A DNA stretch of 64,000 bases from Leptogorgia sarmentosa (taxonomy: Eukaryota). This document shows, piece after piece, positions 25,501 to 38,300 of the stretch; position 1 is the stretch's first letter; each line of letters opens with the position of its first letter. Below the pieces are notes generated by a model. That model searched no databases. It had not been told where the DNA came from and saw nothing but the letters and a program-made list of their open reading frames with translations. The stretch covers positions 3,038,001 through 3,102,000 of the forward strand of contig OZ210885.1 in NCBI GenBank assembly GCA_964658305.1. The letters run 5' to 3'. The translations under genes and the position numbers were made by a program.

Positions 25501-26594
25501 ACCCTCAATGTAAAGATACAGACAGCATAAGACAACTCAGTGTTAGTAACTTGAGAGTTTGGATGCCATATGCATATTGTTCCATGTACGCACGCCTTGA
25601 AGCAATTCGGGATTATGTCGTAATATGTCATTTCTGAGTGATGATGACAGTGAAAAATCTAGCCTAAACCTAGAGTCTCTGGTTTACAGCCAGCAACTAA
25701 CAAGTTGATGCCAGCCAGCAACCAACAAGTCCTGCCAAGTCACAATTATACATAAATAATACAATGAGACAAGCAAAGGTCCTATGTGACTCAGAATTTC
25801 CAAGGGCCTAAGCTTGAAACATTGAATCTACCGACATCATTTAGGTAGTAAGTATAACGTTTGCTGCTTGTTGATGTTGTTATCAGCTATGTACACTGGC
25901 CACATATTGAGAATACTAACAGAAGGTGAGTGTTGTTTGCTATCAGAGTGAAGCTGAGAAAGTTAAATGTTGATGCAGAGCAATTGCCTCAGCAAATCAG
26001 CTTGGAGCTGGTTAAATGTCACTGACAGGTCAGAGCAAAACGTGTCAAGAGCTCTTAACAAATGTTAATCATAGAGAATGCTTTGATCTGAAACAGACTG
26101 TTTGTTAACTTTGATAATAAGCAACAAGACCGTCTTAGGGAGTAATATTTGCAAAATTTCCTGTCTCAGTTTTGTGATCATAGTTCCCTTCTTTTCATAT
26201 TGTTGCAACAATTTCCATCCGTAAATCAACCAAGAAAATATTGTCACAAGCAGTTAATACGAACTCAAGATAAAGCATACATAAAATGAGACTATTAATA
26301 AAGTGCTTTGGAATCTAAATTAGGAATAATAAATAGTCCTATGGTCTTTAACCAGTTGCAGTAATTATTGAAATGAAGCTAGTACCAATAATATCACGAA
26401 ACAGCAAGATCCTTTGATAACATTTATAAAAGAATTAATGAATAAACTCGCAGGTTTAATGACGCTGCGTGCAAAGAAGCAACGAGGATGATCTGTTAAG
26501 TCGAACGGAGCAACGCACTAACCTTTTTCTCAATAAGTTCACGAACTTTATCCAGATCGCCATTTTTAACACCCCAAAGTAATTCTTCTCCCAT
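22556..26594 (-). CDS. MTPN: Myotrophin (V-1), ankyrin-repeat protein, 117 aa, 4 exons
   Basis: Exons 26594-26523, 25009-24896, 24020-23937, 22639-22556, all phase-0 GT-AG. Translation [117 protein letters not shown] matches the myotrophin family in length and motifs. Confidence 0.95.
24531..24600 (-). repeat. tRNA-derived SINE head or tRNA pseudogene in myotrophin intron 2
   Basis: Minus strand has A box TGGTGTAGTGG and B box GGTTCGATCCC followed by a T-run; acceptor and anticodon stems are imperfect. Confidence 0.5.
25262..25492 (-). mobile_element. Decayed SINE with (CTTAT)n tail
   Basis: cttat repeats followed by ...gagaaaacccatgacattcggcagagagtt..., similar to the conserved core of widespread invertebrate tRNA-SINEs (from recall). 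Confidence 0.5.
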
Positions 26595-27872
26595 GCTTAG
26601 TTCGTACTGGTTAATACCAAGGGTTTTGAAGCGGCGGTTTAAGAAAGACAGCACGAAATCCGTCGGAATGCGAAATTACAAGGAGTGTTTTTAATAGATC
26701 ATGTACAACATGGCAAACACTTCCATATCAGGATCATTGAAGGATTAAGAAGGATTTTAGGAGGTCGATGCAGGAAGTACTTCATATAAGGACACAGGTG
26801 GTAGCCAAAGAAAACATTGGCTCAATGAAAAATTCTAAGTTCATTATGAAAGTGGTAATTAAAGTCTTGAAATTTAATTAAAAACTGTTCTAATAATAAT
26901 GTGCAAATGATATAGCCTGACAAAGTTTGCAAATTTCTTCCCAGTTCCATTGTTGCAACTTGCAGGAATTTAGAGGCGAATGTGCTAATATTATTATGAG
27001 GAGATTTTTTACAGACTTGGGTGTTGGGCGCTCAAAACCAATTTCATTTTATTTCAATTTTAACCATTGAACTCTCTGATTGAACTCTTAGTAATCTGGA
27101 ATGACAGAGACGGCACGAGACCTGGGGCAAGATATAAATTAAAGATTATAATTTATACCATAAATTATATACTTTAGTAGAATTATATTTATATGATTTA
27201 TATTATATTATTATTAGAATGTTGCAATTTGATTTTCTGCTCTGCTTTCTGCTCTATCTACTCACTGAACCACGACTGAACCTTTTGGCTTCCGGCTTTT
27301 CTAAACAACAGAAAAAGCTGCTGTCTTCTGGCATCTGAATTAGTATTATTCTGAGTAATACACTGGTATGTTTTTGTATTTACTTCATTGCTGATATAAG
27401 TTAATATAAGTACTCGGTTTGCACCAAGAAAAGTTCTATTAGTAAAATAATTTGCGTGATACACCTACTGTTTCAAGGGTACCCCTAGCAGTAGGCCTGG
27501 TTTCTCAAGGACAAAAATCTTTTTGTAAGTAAAACTGAATGGATGGCTTGTGTGAAACTCATTCTTCACTACTGGTATAACTGATCGTAATGATCATAGT
27601 TTGCTGACTAGGCTAAAGGATATTTGATCTCAGATGACATATTTCAAAAACATTAAGATCAATGACTGCTTGATAATTCATCAACATTAATCATTCAACA
27701 TTATGATGACCGCTGATATATATACTATACTGTAATGATTCCTTGCTTAGGTCCAGACTGATAATTTTACATGATAACCTTGTTGGTATTTCGGAGCGAT
27801 TATAGAATACCTGTCCACATTTGAACTATGACTTGTTATCATAATGACGTAACATATAGTAAATCTGAGCTA

Positions 27873-28298
27873 CCGTAAATGCTCTAATTAACGCTCCCTA
27901 TCAAATAAATGCCTCTTATCTAATAAACGCCCCCCACTAATGGGTAAGTTTGTATTAGACGCCTCTCTCTATTTAACACCCCGTATCTAATAGACGCCCC
28001 CAAATCGTCTAAATTATAAAGAAGCAACGGAAAATATTACCTATAGATCTATGAAGGACGTAGCGTTTTATATTATTGCCACAATAAACTGGGATATCAA
28101 TTGGGCTCAGAGACTATACATGTTATAGTCTTAGCAAAATACGAGTCGTAATTAGTTTTTGTTTTGTTTTCTTTAGCAGTAAAGTTATAGAGATGAAATA
28201 AACGCCTCTCTCTATTAAACGCTTCATATCTATCAAACGCCCCCCTAGAACCGCTAAAATTTATTAAACGCCCAGGGCGTTTATTACAGCATTTACGG
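27873..28298. mobile_element. Tc1/mariner-pogo-like MITE with TA TSD
   Basis: ta|ccgtaaatgctctaattaacgc ... gcgtttattacagcatttacgg|ta with subterminal aaacgcc repeats. Confidence 0.7.
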
Positions 28299-29718
28299 TA
28301 TCTCAAAGTTCCTGGGCAAGGTATATTTTTTCGTGATACGCCGAACACAATTATGCATGAACACTGACCCTAACAGTAACAGCAAACACTGAGTCAAACA
28401 TTAAACACTAACTCTTTCATTTGAGTGTAATAACCTTGAGCCCTTTGCAATTTGTTAAAAAATATATATTTTTGTAAGCACAACTAACTATTTGTGTACG
28501 CTTATAGTGTACCGTTGGCTTTCAAAGAATAGGACATAAACATAATATGCAGATTTAATTTTTTTTAATTTTCGCATGTTTAGTGTGTGGTGGTCTTTAA
28601 AGAACAAGATATAACAACAATAATTATGCATAAGTAAATGCATAATTATTTTCACTTGATTTATAGCCTTTCTCACGCCATGCGACTAGGCCTTAAAATC
28701 CGCCATTTTTGGGTGGCAAAATCATTGTTTTTGTCGATTATTTGTTATCAAAACATAAAATTTTTCGCTTGTAAACAATTGTTTGTCACTTAGTTAATTC
28801 ATAAGTGTTGAAAATTTGGAAATTTTCTCAGTAGCCTGTAAATTTCGTAAATCCACACGGAAGGCGTGTTTGTACTCAACTTTATTTTAACGACAATATA
28901 GCAAAAGGTACTACACAGTAAATAAATAGATAAAGTAGGTAAACAACGGTTCCGGGAACCAACATGGCTTCCCTTTCTACTTCAGAGCAAAACAACAGTG
29001 CTTGTGGCGCGAAAGCACGCGCGCATTCCACGAAACGCGCAGGGATCGCACGTAGGCAGTTACAAGCTTTGTCATCACTCACAAATGATTGAATTAATAA
29101 TCCTGGTAAAATCAGTAAACTCGTTGAGCTAAGCTCTTTGTCACCATGAGTCCATGACACATTCGTGATTGATTGCACCTTGTTGTCATGTTGTACATGG
29201 TTGTTTACTGGGCGCAGCTCTAGGTGAAAAAATGTGATTTCGACTGTCAATTGTTATCGTTCTCATATTTGTTCTGTTTTGCTCAAAGTGAACCAAAAAA
29301 CGTGTCATTTAACAGCTGTCACTTTCATCTTTATAAGTAATGAAAAAATTACGTTTATATACCCTGTATATAACGCACAATGACCTGCCAAAGTTCGATT
29401 ACCTTTTTTTGAGACACCCTACAGAAACATCCAGCACAACCATCAGAAAACTATTTCTATGTCATGTCAGTAACCTCAGGAGTGTCCTGCCCATGTTATC
29501 AGTTATCACACATCTTGAAAATCTCGCCCGATTTCCCTATCACATTTTGGGATGCCCTTTAACGTACTATGGTGTTGTAGTGAATTGTACCACGTCGGAT
29601 TTTTTGTATTTTGCCTATTACGCAATCGGTCTATTACACCAGGGCGCTTACACTTAAAAATCTACGCTGTTCGATGCTCCAAGAAGTAAATATACTCGTC
29701 TTTTTCCTAGAGTGTGAG

Positions 29719-30678
29719 ATGGCTGAAAAGACGGAAGAAATTACCCGACTTAACCCAGTAGCGCGAGCAATACTGCAAGGCCTTTATGATACCGAAAGTC
29801 CTTTGCATAAATTGTTAGGTCTACATTTCATATTGAAATCCATATGGAACAATGTTGTCGAACATTGGAAATCAAACATTAAGAAATCCGATGATGATGA
29901 TTTAAGTTTTGTCGCAGCGCGAAGAAGAGAATTTGGACGCCTCGATCACTGGGATAGAATCAAGTTTCCAAAAGCTACTAACATCAATATTAATATGATG
30001 CCATTTGTAATGGGAACAAATTTTAAAGAGACAAAACTTCCAAGATACTTGCAACACTACTGGGAGAATATCATTCGATATTGTATTCTGGAAAGTGAAG
30101 AGGGTAAGATAGGTTATCTCACCGTCCATGAAAGTAAAGTGGATAAAGGAACCTCACAAAGAAGACCAGGCATCCACACTGAATCTCCTGGTTTGATTAT
30201 GTTGAAAGAAAGCAAAGGAAACTTTGTGCTGGATGAAAGATGCCATCGATGGGGATATGGACAGGGAAAGTTTCGAGAAGCCTCTGGACTTGAATTACAG
30301 GGTGGTATTTTCATGGCTTCAAATGTCGAAAATTCTTGTCGAGTGTGGAATTGTCAGATCCAGCGACCCAAAGTTGATTGTCTTGACATCGTTGGTAAGC
30401 ACGGAGATATTGAACATCTACGAGAGTTTTTACCTACCGACAGTGAAACAATGGTTGCCAATCATTTGTATTGGATCACAGATCGAACACCTCATGAATC
30501 ACTGCCTCTAGCTCATCGAGGATATCGACAATTTTTCCGGCTTGTCACAAGTCTAGTTGGTTTGTGGTTTGAAAATCATTCTACCAAAAATCCAAATGGT
30601 GTTGTCCCTGACCCCAAAATAACGAAGATCGTCAAAGGCTCGAAATTTGATGGAGTCTGTTGTGTAATTGATCCTTAA
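29719..30678 (+). CDS. Uncharacterised 319-aa protein with uninterrupted CDS, putative 2OG-Fe(II) oxygenase-like fold
   Basis: Long ORF; ATG at 29719 lies just after a pyrimidine tract/AG acceptor (tttttcctag, 29710), implying a 5' UTR intron. Motifs NINMMPF, GYLTVHES...QRRPGIHTE, GGIFMASN...SCRVW, LYWITDRTPHESLP...RQFFRLV. Confidence refers to the gene being real; the function is inference. Confidence 0.8.
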   Translation: MAEKTEEITRLNPVARAILQGLYDTESPLHKLLGLHFILKSIWNNVVEHWKSNIKKSDDDDLSFVAARRREFGRLDHWDRIKFPKATNININMMPFVMGTNFKETKLPRYLQHYWENIIRYCILESEEGKIGYLTVHESKVDKGTSQRRPGIHTESPGLIMLKESKGNFVLDERCHRWGYGQGKFREASGLELQGGIFMASNVENSCRVWNCQIQRPKVDCLDIVGKHGDIEHLREFLPTDSETMVANHLYWITDRTPHESLPLAHRGYRQFFRLVTSLVGLWFENHSTKNPNGVVPDPKITKIVKGSKFDGVCCVIDP

Positions 30679-30770
30679 AAAAACTGTTGTTAAATAGTAG
30701 CAGGGATTATTCTAGGGAATTTTTATCACTGGTTAAAAAGCGCAAAATAGTATAAAATTTATGTAAACGT

Positions 30771-31107
30771 TTAAGAAATAGATAACGAGTTACGAGTCTT
30801 GTGCCATTATGCTTTAATAATTCACAGGGGAATGTTGGGAAAATACGAAAGAATCGCCTGAAACACGATGCATAGTGTTTGACGCGATTCTCGAGTATTC
30901 TCGCAGCAATGCCAGGGTTTTATAGTATAACAGAATATTAGCGCAATTTATGAAGATCAAAATTACAATTCTCCTCACATGTAATACGCCTGTTCTCAAA
31001 TGTTGCCAACAAAACTTCATTCCTTTAGCTGAGCGAAGGCAAAACAAGTCAAGCTCTTTTATTTTAATGTATTTTTAGTTTACGTTATTACCTTACTTAT
31101 ATTATAA
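30771..31107 (+). mobile_element. Decayed, internally deleted third copy of the ~510-bp repeat
   Basis: Same termini ttaagaaatagataacgag ... acttatattataa and homologous interior. Confidence 0.75.
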
Positions 31108-31429
31108 AACGTATTAGAAAAACTCTGACTATACCCTGCATGAAACTGCCAGTGAATTAATCGCCAGAATACAGTTTTTTTGTCCAGGAGAATACAGGGT
31201 ATTTGTCACCCAAAATACAATGCATTTGGATAAGAAATAATGTAAATAAGTATGTAAAGAAGAAAAGATAATTTTTTTGTTTACTTTGTCTACTACAGTT
31301 AAATATAATTCCTGCCAAATTAAAATTGACGACTTCGGCCATTGAGCTATCCCAGAATACTTCATCTCATTATAATACAGATACACGACATTCGAGAAGG
31401 TATAATAAATATTATCTTAGCAACCGCAA

Positions 31430-31510
31430 GCCAAGATGGCGCAGTGGTACAGTCACTGTCTGACGTTCCACGTCATGGGTTGTGGGTTCGAATCCTCCGC
31501 CTTGCTCCAC
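31430..31510 (+). repeat. tRNA-derived SINE head
   Basis: A box TGGCGCAGTGG (31437) and B box GGTTCGAATCC (31485) without a good cloverleaf. Confidence 0.5.
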
Positions 31511-32390
31511 ATTGCATTTGCTAAAGGACAAGGTGCTTATCACATATGGTCTGGGGGCCGATCTGCATCTCCCTGCTCTCTGAGTGTCCTGAATGTCAAT
31601 TGGGTCACCTGGATTAGTACCCGATAGCGGGCTTCCTCAATGAGCTCTGGTTGCTTTAGTAACCTACTGACGATATATCGGGGGGTACCCCTCTGTTGAT
31701 GGTACTGGTAGGGACCTTGACGAAATTCTTTTCGTTTTTTTTCACCCAAAAATTTTTTTTTGCTTTTTCCTTGACAATTCTTGCTTTGTAACCCTTTCAC
31801 AACATTTGGGATGTTGAAAAAAAGAAAAAAGAAAAATAAATTTTGTTTACGGACGCGGCCAACATTGCTACTTCATTTAATACACACCTTAATAAACCGT
31901 GATAAAACCCTTGAAACTGCGAAATTAGGAACAAAATCAACAACCAATTAGTGTTTTTTGTTTCTTGTATCTTTCTTAACTTTTTATGCTTTTTAATAAC
32001 CCCTTCCCCGTGTTTGGGATGTTTAATAAACCAAAGAAAGCAAAACATTTTGTTCGGGGGTTATTTGCCCTTTGGCAGGCAACTCTATTCTAGCGAGCAT
32101 AGGAGAAAATCAAATTGCAACATTCTAATAACACTAATATAATGTAATTCTACTAAAGGTATATAATCTTTCTACTAAAGATATATAATCTCAGGAGATA
32201 CCACGTGTTACCACGTTTTTCTTACACGAATTCTAGCTTGGGTCAGCATACTGTGGGCGCACAAAAGTGTCTTATTATCATATCTCGATATTGGTTTATT
32301 ATTGTTTATATTTTCAACCAGCTTAGATTTTGTCTAAAATAATCGACAGTGGTGGCATTCAACGATAGTAATGGCACTCTTTTCTGTCTA

Positions 32391-35300
32391 ATGGAGAAAC
32401 AAAGCAAAAAGGAATTGCTAGCTGTTGTAGAAAGACAGGAAGACCATTTGAAAAGATACGAAGCAAGGTTACGAGGTATATAGTATATTGTACACGTATA
32501 ATATACACCCGGTTGCGTTAGAAATATTAAATATTTTCATACATGGATACACTTGAGTAATTGATAGAACTAATTATTAGAAACATTTTGCTGTTTGTTT
32601 TATCGAAATCGGCCTAGGGAAACAAGAGTTATGCCATTTTGATTAAACACATCAGATTAATAATGATCATTAATTGATCTTACTTGGCTTAATAGTAAAA
32701 CATTATCTATATAAAGCCTGATCAAACGAGATGCAAGTCATCGCAAGTTTTAACTTCTGAGGTATTGTGAATGAGGGAATGAACAATTTGATACAGAAAT
32801 GTGAATACAGTCGAACACCTATTAATGTCTGCTCAATAGGGGTTACGATAATAGAGGTTTATTGACTGGGCATGAGGTCTGTACTGTGAAATATCAGACC
32901 AAGGTTCTTTTTTCCCACTGAGCGATGAAGGAGCGAGGTCAATGTAGAAGACTGAGGTATGATATTTCACAGTACAGACCGAACAAGCGAGGTCAATAAT
33001 CCATATATGTATGGCTGAATTGAGTTTTGAGCATATGCTCTTTCACACCAATTAAATCGGCTATCATCAGTTCCACTTACAGTATACGGTAGACATACCT
33101 GTTCAATAAAAAACTGTTTGCTTATTTGAAATTTTTGTCTATGAATTTTATTAAAATTGGAAAATTAAATTTAAGCAAAAATATTTTCTGTTTGCAAAGC
33201 GACATCCAGGCCACATGTCCAGGACTGCTTGTCCACCAGTCAGAATAGAGAATTTTTAAGGAAATGAATACCTGAGACTTGAGAGTTGAGATAAGTGTTT
33301 TATAGGGGTTTTATATACTTCGTGAAAAGCTATATGATTAGTGGTTTTTGTATTATCCATGCAAACAGTATGCTAATTTACATGTGTCTTTTAAACAATT
33401 TGTCCCCATTGCCATCTTATCCAACATTTTTCAACAGTAGATATGGATTGTCTGTGATCTGATTTATTGATCTCTGAGACACTTTTCCTGACACTGATGA
33501 GTGAAGTAATAAAGTTTGATATACCTGAATGGATTGAAGCTTAATGGTTGAACAGGACACAGCAGATTGTTTAGGTTCAATCTATCAAAAATAAAACAAA
33601 AATTATGGTCACACCCACTGCATACATAAAGGTCTTAACCTCAATTGAACATTAACTTACTGTATTCTCTCTATTTAGCCCACTAGGGGCTTGTTCACTT
33701 CAGGACCTATGGAGGGAGAGGGCAGGTTAATTGAAATGGGGATTCTCTTATTTTAACTATAATAAAATTGAAATCATTACACAGAATAGTATATTATATC
33801 ATATTATCTTATCTAACCTCAGTTGTACAAAAATTAAAACATATTATACTGCATTATCCCTGATTATTCTCCACGTCCCTATTTTTGTACAAGTGAATAT
33901 ATGGCCTTTATGAGAGTTAGCACCCCACCCCACCCCCGTTAAAGGAAGGTTGGTGACATCATCAAAACAGACAGTATATGGATTAAATCTTAGTTGAATA
34001 TCACATTTTGCTTTTCTGTAGATGTTGTCCAAGCATACAAAGGCTTACAAAAAGAAAAAAGTGCTTTGGAAAAGAGTTTACGTGTGTTAGGCACTAGTGT
34101 TAAAGTTGCTCCTACAGAGAAAGATTCAGATGAAAGTGTACAAGATCCGAGTGGAAACACTGTCAAAGAAAGTGCCACTGATGGTGCAGAAATACCGCAG
34201 GCTCAGCATTTGAAACCTGAGGTAATTAGGTACAAGGTTTTAGTATTATGGGCATCTCACTCGCGAGGATAAAATGTTGTTGACTTTTCATAATCCTATG
34301 GAATCATAAAATAGCTATAGGCATTAAAGGTGATTTTTTCGGGCTGAGCAGAGCAGGGCTGACACTACGTGGCTAAAAGTTTACACAAATGCGGTTGAAT
34401 CTTTCGCGACCATTGGCGGAAGGATGTTCTCCCCGCATGAGGCAAAATTTTGAGAGATTTTCGGCATAGCACATTAGAGTTACAATATCTGTCACTCGTG
34501 CCCATTGGCGTAAACGATTTTCCCCATTTGAAGCAAAAAGGTGGTAGTTTTTTAAACACCCTCAATTTTGATGGAATTGTTAATGTATGATAAAGACTTT
34601 GTTGAACATATTTTTTTTATATTTACAGGATCCACAGGTGTCTGATGCAGATGTTGATGAAACAGCTCTGCAATCGCAGGTGAAAACCCTTCGTGAAGCA
34701 TTGGATACAATTATGGGACAAAAAACGAAGATGGAGAGCTCGTTCCAAGCTGATAAAAAGAAATATTTGGTAAGGCAATGCTATGCGACGAGAATAAACA
34801 GTAAAGGTTCGTTCAGATGTGCAACGTTGCGTCCTTTTTTAATGCAGTTGATTGGCTGTGACCGGCCATTTCAGTATTCTGATTGGCTAGAAAATACAAT
34901 GAACCGATTCCATAGTTGAAATTTCTTGAAAAAACGTGGAATAATTAATAATAGTTCATTTCGTAAAAGCTGTTTTTCGTAATAACAGCGTTAATAAAAT
35001 AGCATCACAAAAGTTTTTGGTTGCGAAAAATTGTGAAACAATATAACCCTGTAAAGTTTGTCTAAATACCGTTTTTTTCAAATCTCGCCCTGCGGACATC
35101 TCGCTATTACGGACACCTAGCTACATACTAAGGACACTTTATAAATCCCCGGCCAAAATTGTTGTAACTTGTATTGATATATAGCTCTCGCTATTATGGA
35201 CTCTGGTTATTACGGCATTGCGGACACTTTTTGCGGTCCCCAACAAACAGTTTTATTTATTGTTCTACCCTCGTTCTGTGCGTCACCATGGACTGACAAA

Positions 35301-38300
35301 CAAAAAATGATGCTTTAGAATCATTTTATCCTCTCCGCGGCCTTAATTTCCACTACTTTCGAGACTTTTAGTTTGTTTGTAGTAAACCTTAACAGCATTT
35401 CAGAATAAACTGGACGTTTCAAGACAAAAAGCATTAGTATTTTGTACTGACATTCTACACCCACAAATTTTGAAATTTTGAAAACACTAAGGTATACTGA
35501 AGGGAACTTTATAATTTGCATGCAGTGTTTTGCAAATGTAACAAGTGATTCATACGTTTTTCTGACAAGTTTAATTGTAAATTGTTAATTTTTCGTTATA
35601 TTTGACAACACTGCAAATATTTGTTCAATATTTCGGTACTTCAACTTCTTTAGTGATTAACTTACAAAGTTGCTTTGCAGGTTTTTTCACGTAATATTCC
35701 GAATTTGATAATGTATTTGCATGGGAATACTTTAAACAAACTTGGGAACCACGTTTTGAAAAGTACCCTGAAGTTTAATACACTAGCAATCACGATTTCA
35801 AAGCTGTTATAAACTTCTCGATTTCCTCTGATTATTTTCAGCATGAACTTGAAACGAAAGAGGAAGGTTTTACACGCGAAAGAGATGAGTTCTACCAACA
35901 AAAAGAGGCCATGTTGAAGGATATTCAGGAGGTACTGCATTCACAATTTATATTTTATAATTTTTATACGGCATCTTGTCTGGATATAGCTGCACAAGTC
36001 ACTAGCTATAGCCAAAATCAAGTCATTGTCAATCCAATATACAGCATCTAGGATTTAAAAGAGATCAAAAGTTCTCAAATACTGTCCCCTGTTCTCGAAT
36101 ACTTTGAGAAGTGAGAACCATAAGTTCTCAAATACTGTCCAGTGTTCCCCTATGTAAACTACTGTAAGTTAAATTAACTATTATACTTTATTATACCAAA
36201 AAAATACTTCAATAAAATGAAAGTTCGCGATGCCGTTAAGAGGCTTTTAAGTCTTGTACATGCTCTTAGAACTTTTCATATTTGCAGTTTTGGTTTGATC
36301 CTGTTGTATTTTCAAATGCTAAATCTACTTTGAAATAGCAAAATTTGATGTCGCTCCTGTAGTAATGCGGTAACGTCTAACTCAGGTTTGAATCAAAGCC
36401 GTTGATGGCGTTGATTGTTTTATATCATGTATAGCTACGACAGCGTACCCGCAATGAACAACAGGCCCGCGAGACGGAACAAAACGACTACGCTATGATG
36501 CTGAAAGAAATGCAAGTTCTTGTGGCGAAAGAAAGACTAGCAAGGGAAGATCTTCAAAATGAGATTGAAGATCTTAAGAAGTCACACGAGAAGAAACCAG
36601 AGGATGGGTCGAAACGAAGCTCAACAGGTACTTGCTTAAGGCTTGCTCAGACGAAGCCACCATCATCCAACATGTTATTGTTATGTTACTCTGAGTATGC
36701 ATGTATCCACACCGCGGGCAGGCTTAAAAATTAGTCCGGCCTCGGTGGGAATCGAACACGCGACCTTTGGTTTGCTAGTCCAATGCTCTACCAACTGAGC
36801 TACGAGGTCAAGTTGGTTCGAATGTATGATATTTCGGAACTCACTAGTTCCTTCGGTATCTGCAAGTTTCTGATGATATAATATGACAGTTGGTAGAGCA
36901 TTGGACTAGTAATCCAAAGGTCGCGGGTTCGATTCCCACCGAGGCCAGGCTAATTTTTCAGCCTGCCCGGTGTGGATATATACTCAGAGTAACATCACAA
37001 TAACATTCTACACCTGAGCACATGATAACATCAACAGTCACATTATGTATCATCCAACATTATTGGGACAACCTTGTTGCACGTTTGTCGGATGAAAATT
37101 TCAAGCAATTCGTTTCACTATCAGTTGGATAATGTTGGCTTGGGTTTAAACTTGCTTAGAACGAAGCCAAACGAAGCTAACATGTTGCTCCAATATCAGC
37201 CAACATTAATTGTTGCGTGTAGTAACAGGCCTTTGAGCAAAATTAAACTCAAGCCGACATTATTCCAACATCCCCCAAAGTGTTCAAACGAGGGCAACAT
37301 GTTGCATGCAACAATGAATGATATTGGAGCAACATGTTAGCTTCGTTTGCACAGGCCTTTAGAAAATTTGAGCACCACCTGCTCCAACCTCGTACCCAGG
37401 GTCTTGATCCTCTTTGTTCCAGCGAGGTAGGAGCGTCAGAGCGAAGACCCTGGGTACGAGGTTGCACCTGCTCAAGTGTTCCAGCTTTTAAAACATAATG
37501 ATAATCCTATTTCCCAGGTCCGGGCGAATTAAAAAGCTTAGATAAAAGTATCCAGGTTTCTGATACACCGGCCATGCTGCTCAAACTCGAGGAGGAGATG
37601 AAGAAGATAAAATTACAGCTGGAAAAAGACATTTTATCTGAACAACAACGCGCGAATGAAGCTGAACGAAGGGCGATTTTGGTGGCCAAGGCTGAAGAGC
37701 AACGTGTAGCTGATCTTGGTGAGTACATCTCCTGTCCTCCTTATCGATATTAGCGAGCGAGTTTACGAATTTGAGACAGCGACACGTGACGACCTTGCAA
37801 GGTCCTTTATCGGGAATGAATGTTCCGACGAATTGAAGGGTTTTGCCTGTAACGTCCAGTCTTATTAGGCAGTTTAGCAAACACAACGCGACGTCAAAGA
37901 GGACGTAAAAATTGCGTGGCCGCATATAACATTTTTGCAGGCATATCACATTTTGGACATTTTCACGTCCGCTTTGACGTGTTTTCTAAAGCTGCCTATT
38001 GTATTGTTTAAGCAGTGGGTAGAACTTTTGCTGCCTATTGATTGTATAAAATATCCATTGAACGAAAATGCATTTGGTTATCTTGACAGAGGCGAAGCTT
38101 TCAGAACTGTCCAATGTGGTTGGCAAGTACGAAAGATTACGATCACATGATCAGATGGAGATTAAAAAACTGAAAGATCGACTTCACATGCTGAACACAA
38201 CGCCGAAAGATGATTTCATGGCAGACAATCGGAACGTGGAAAATAATGTAAACTTGGATAAGGATAACCTGGATGACGTATTTCGCAAATTGAAGGATGT

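Noticed and set aside
36735..36950. Two apparent tRNA genes
   Set aside because: One is 5'-truncated, stems are imperfect and both share non-tRNA tails within a repeat; treated as SINE-like.
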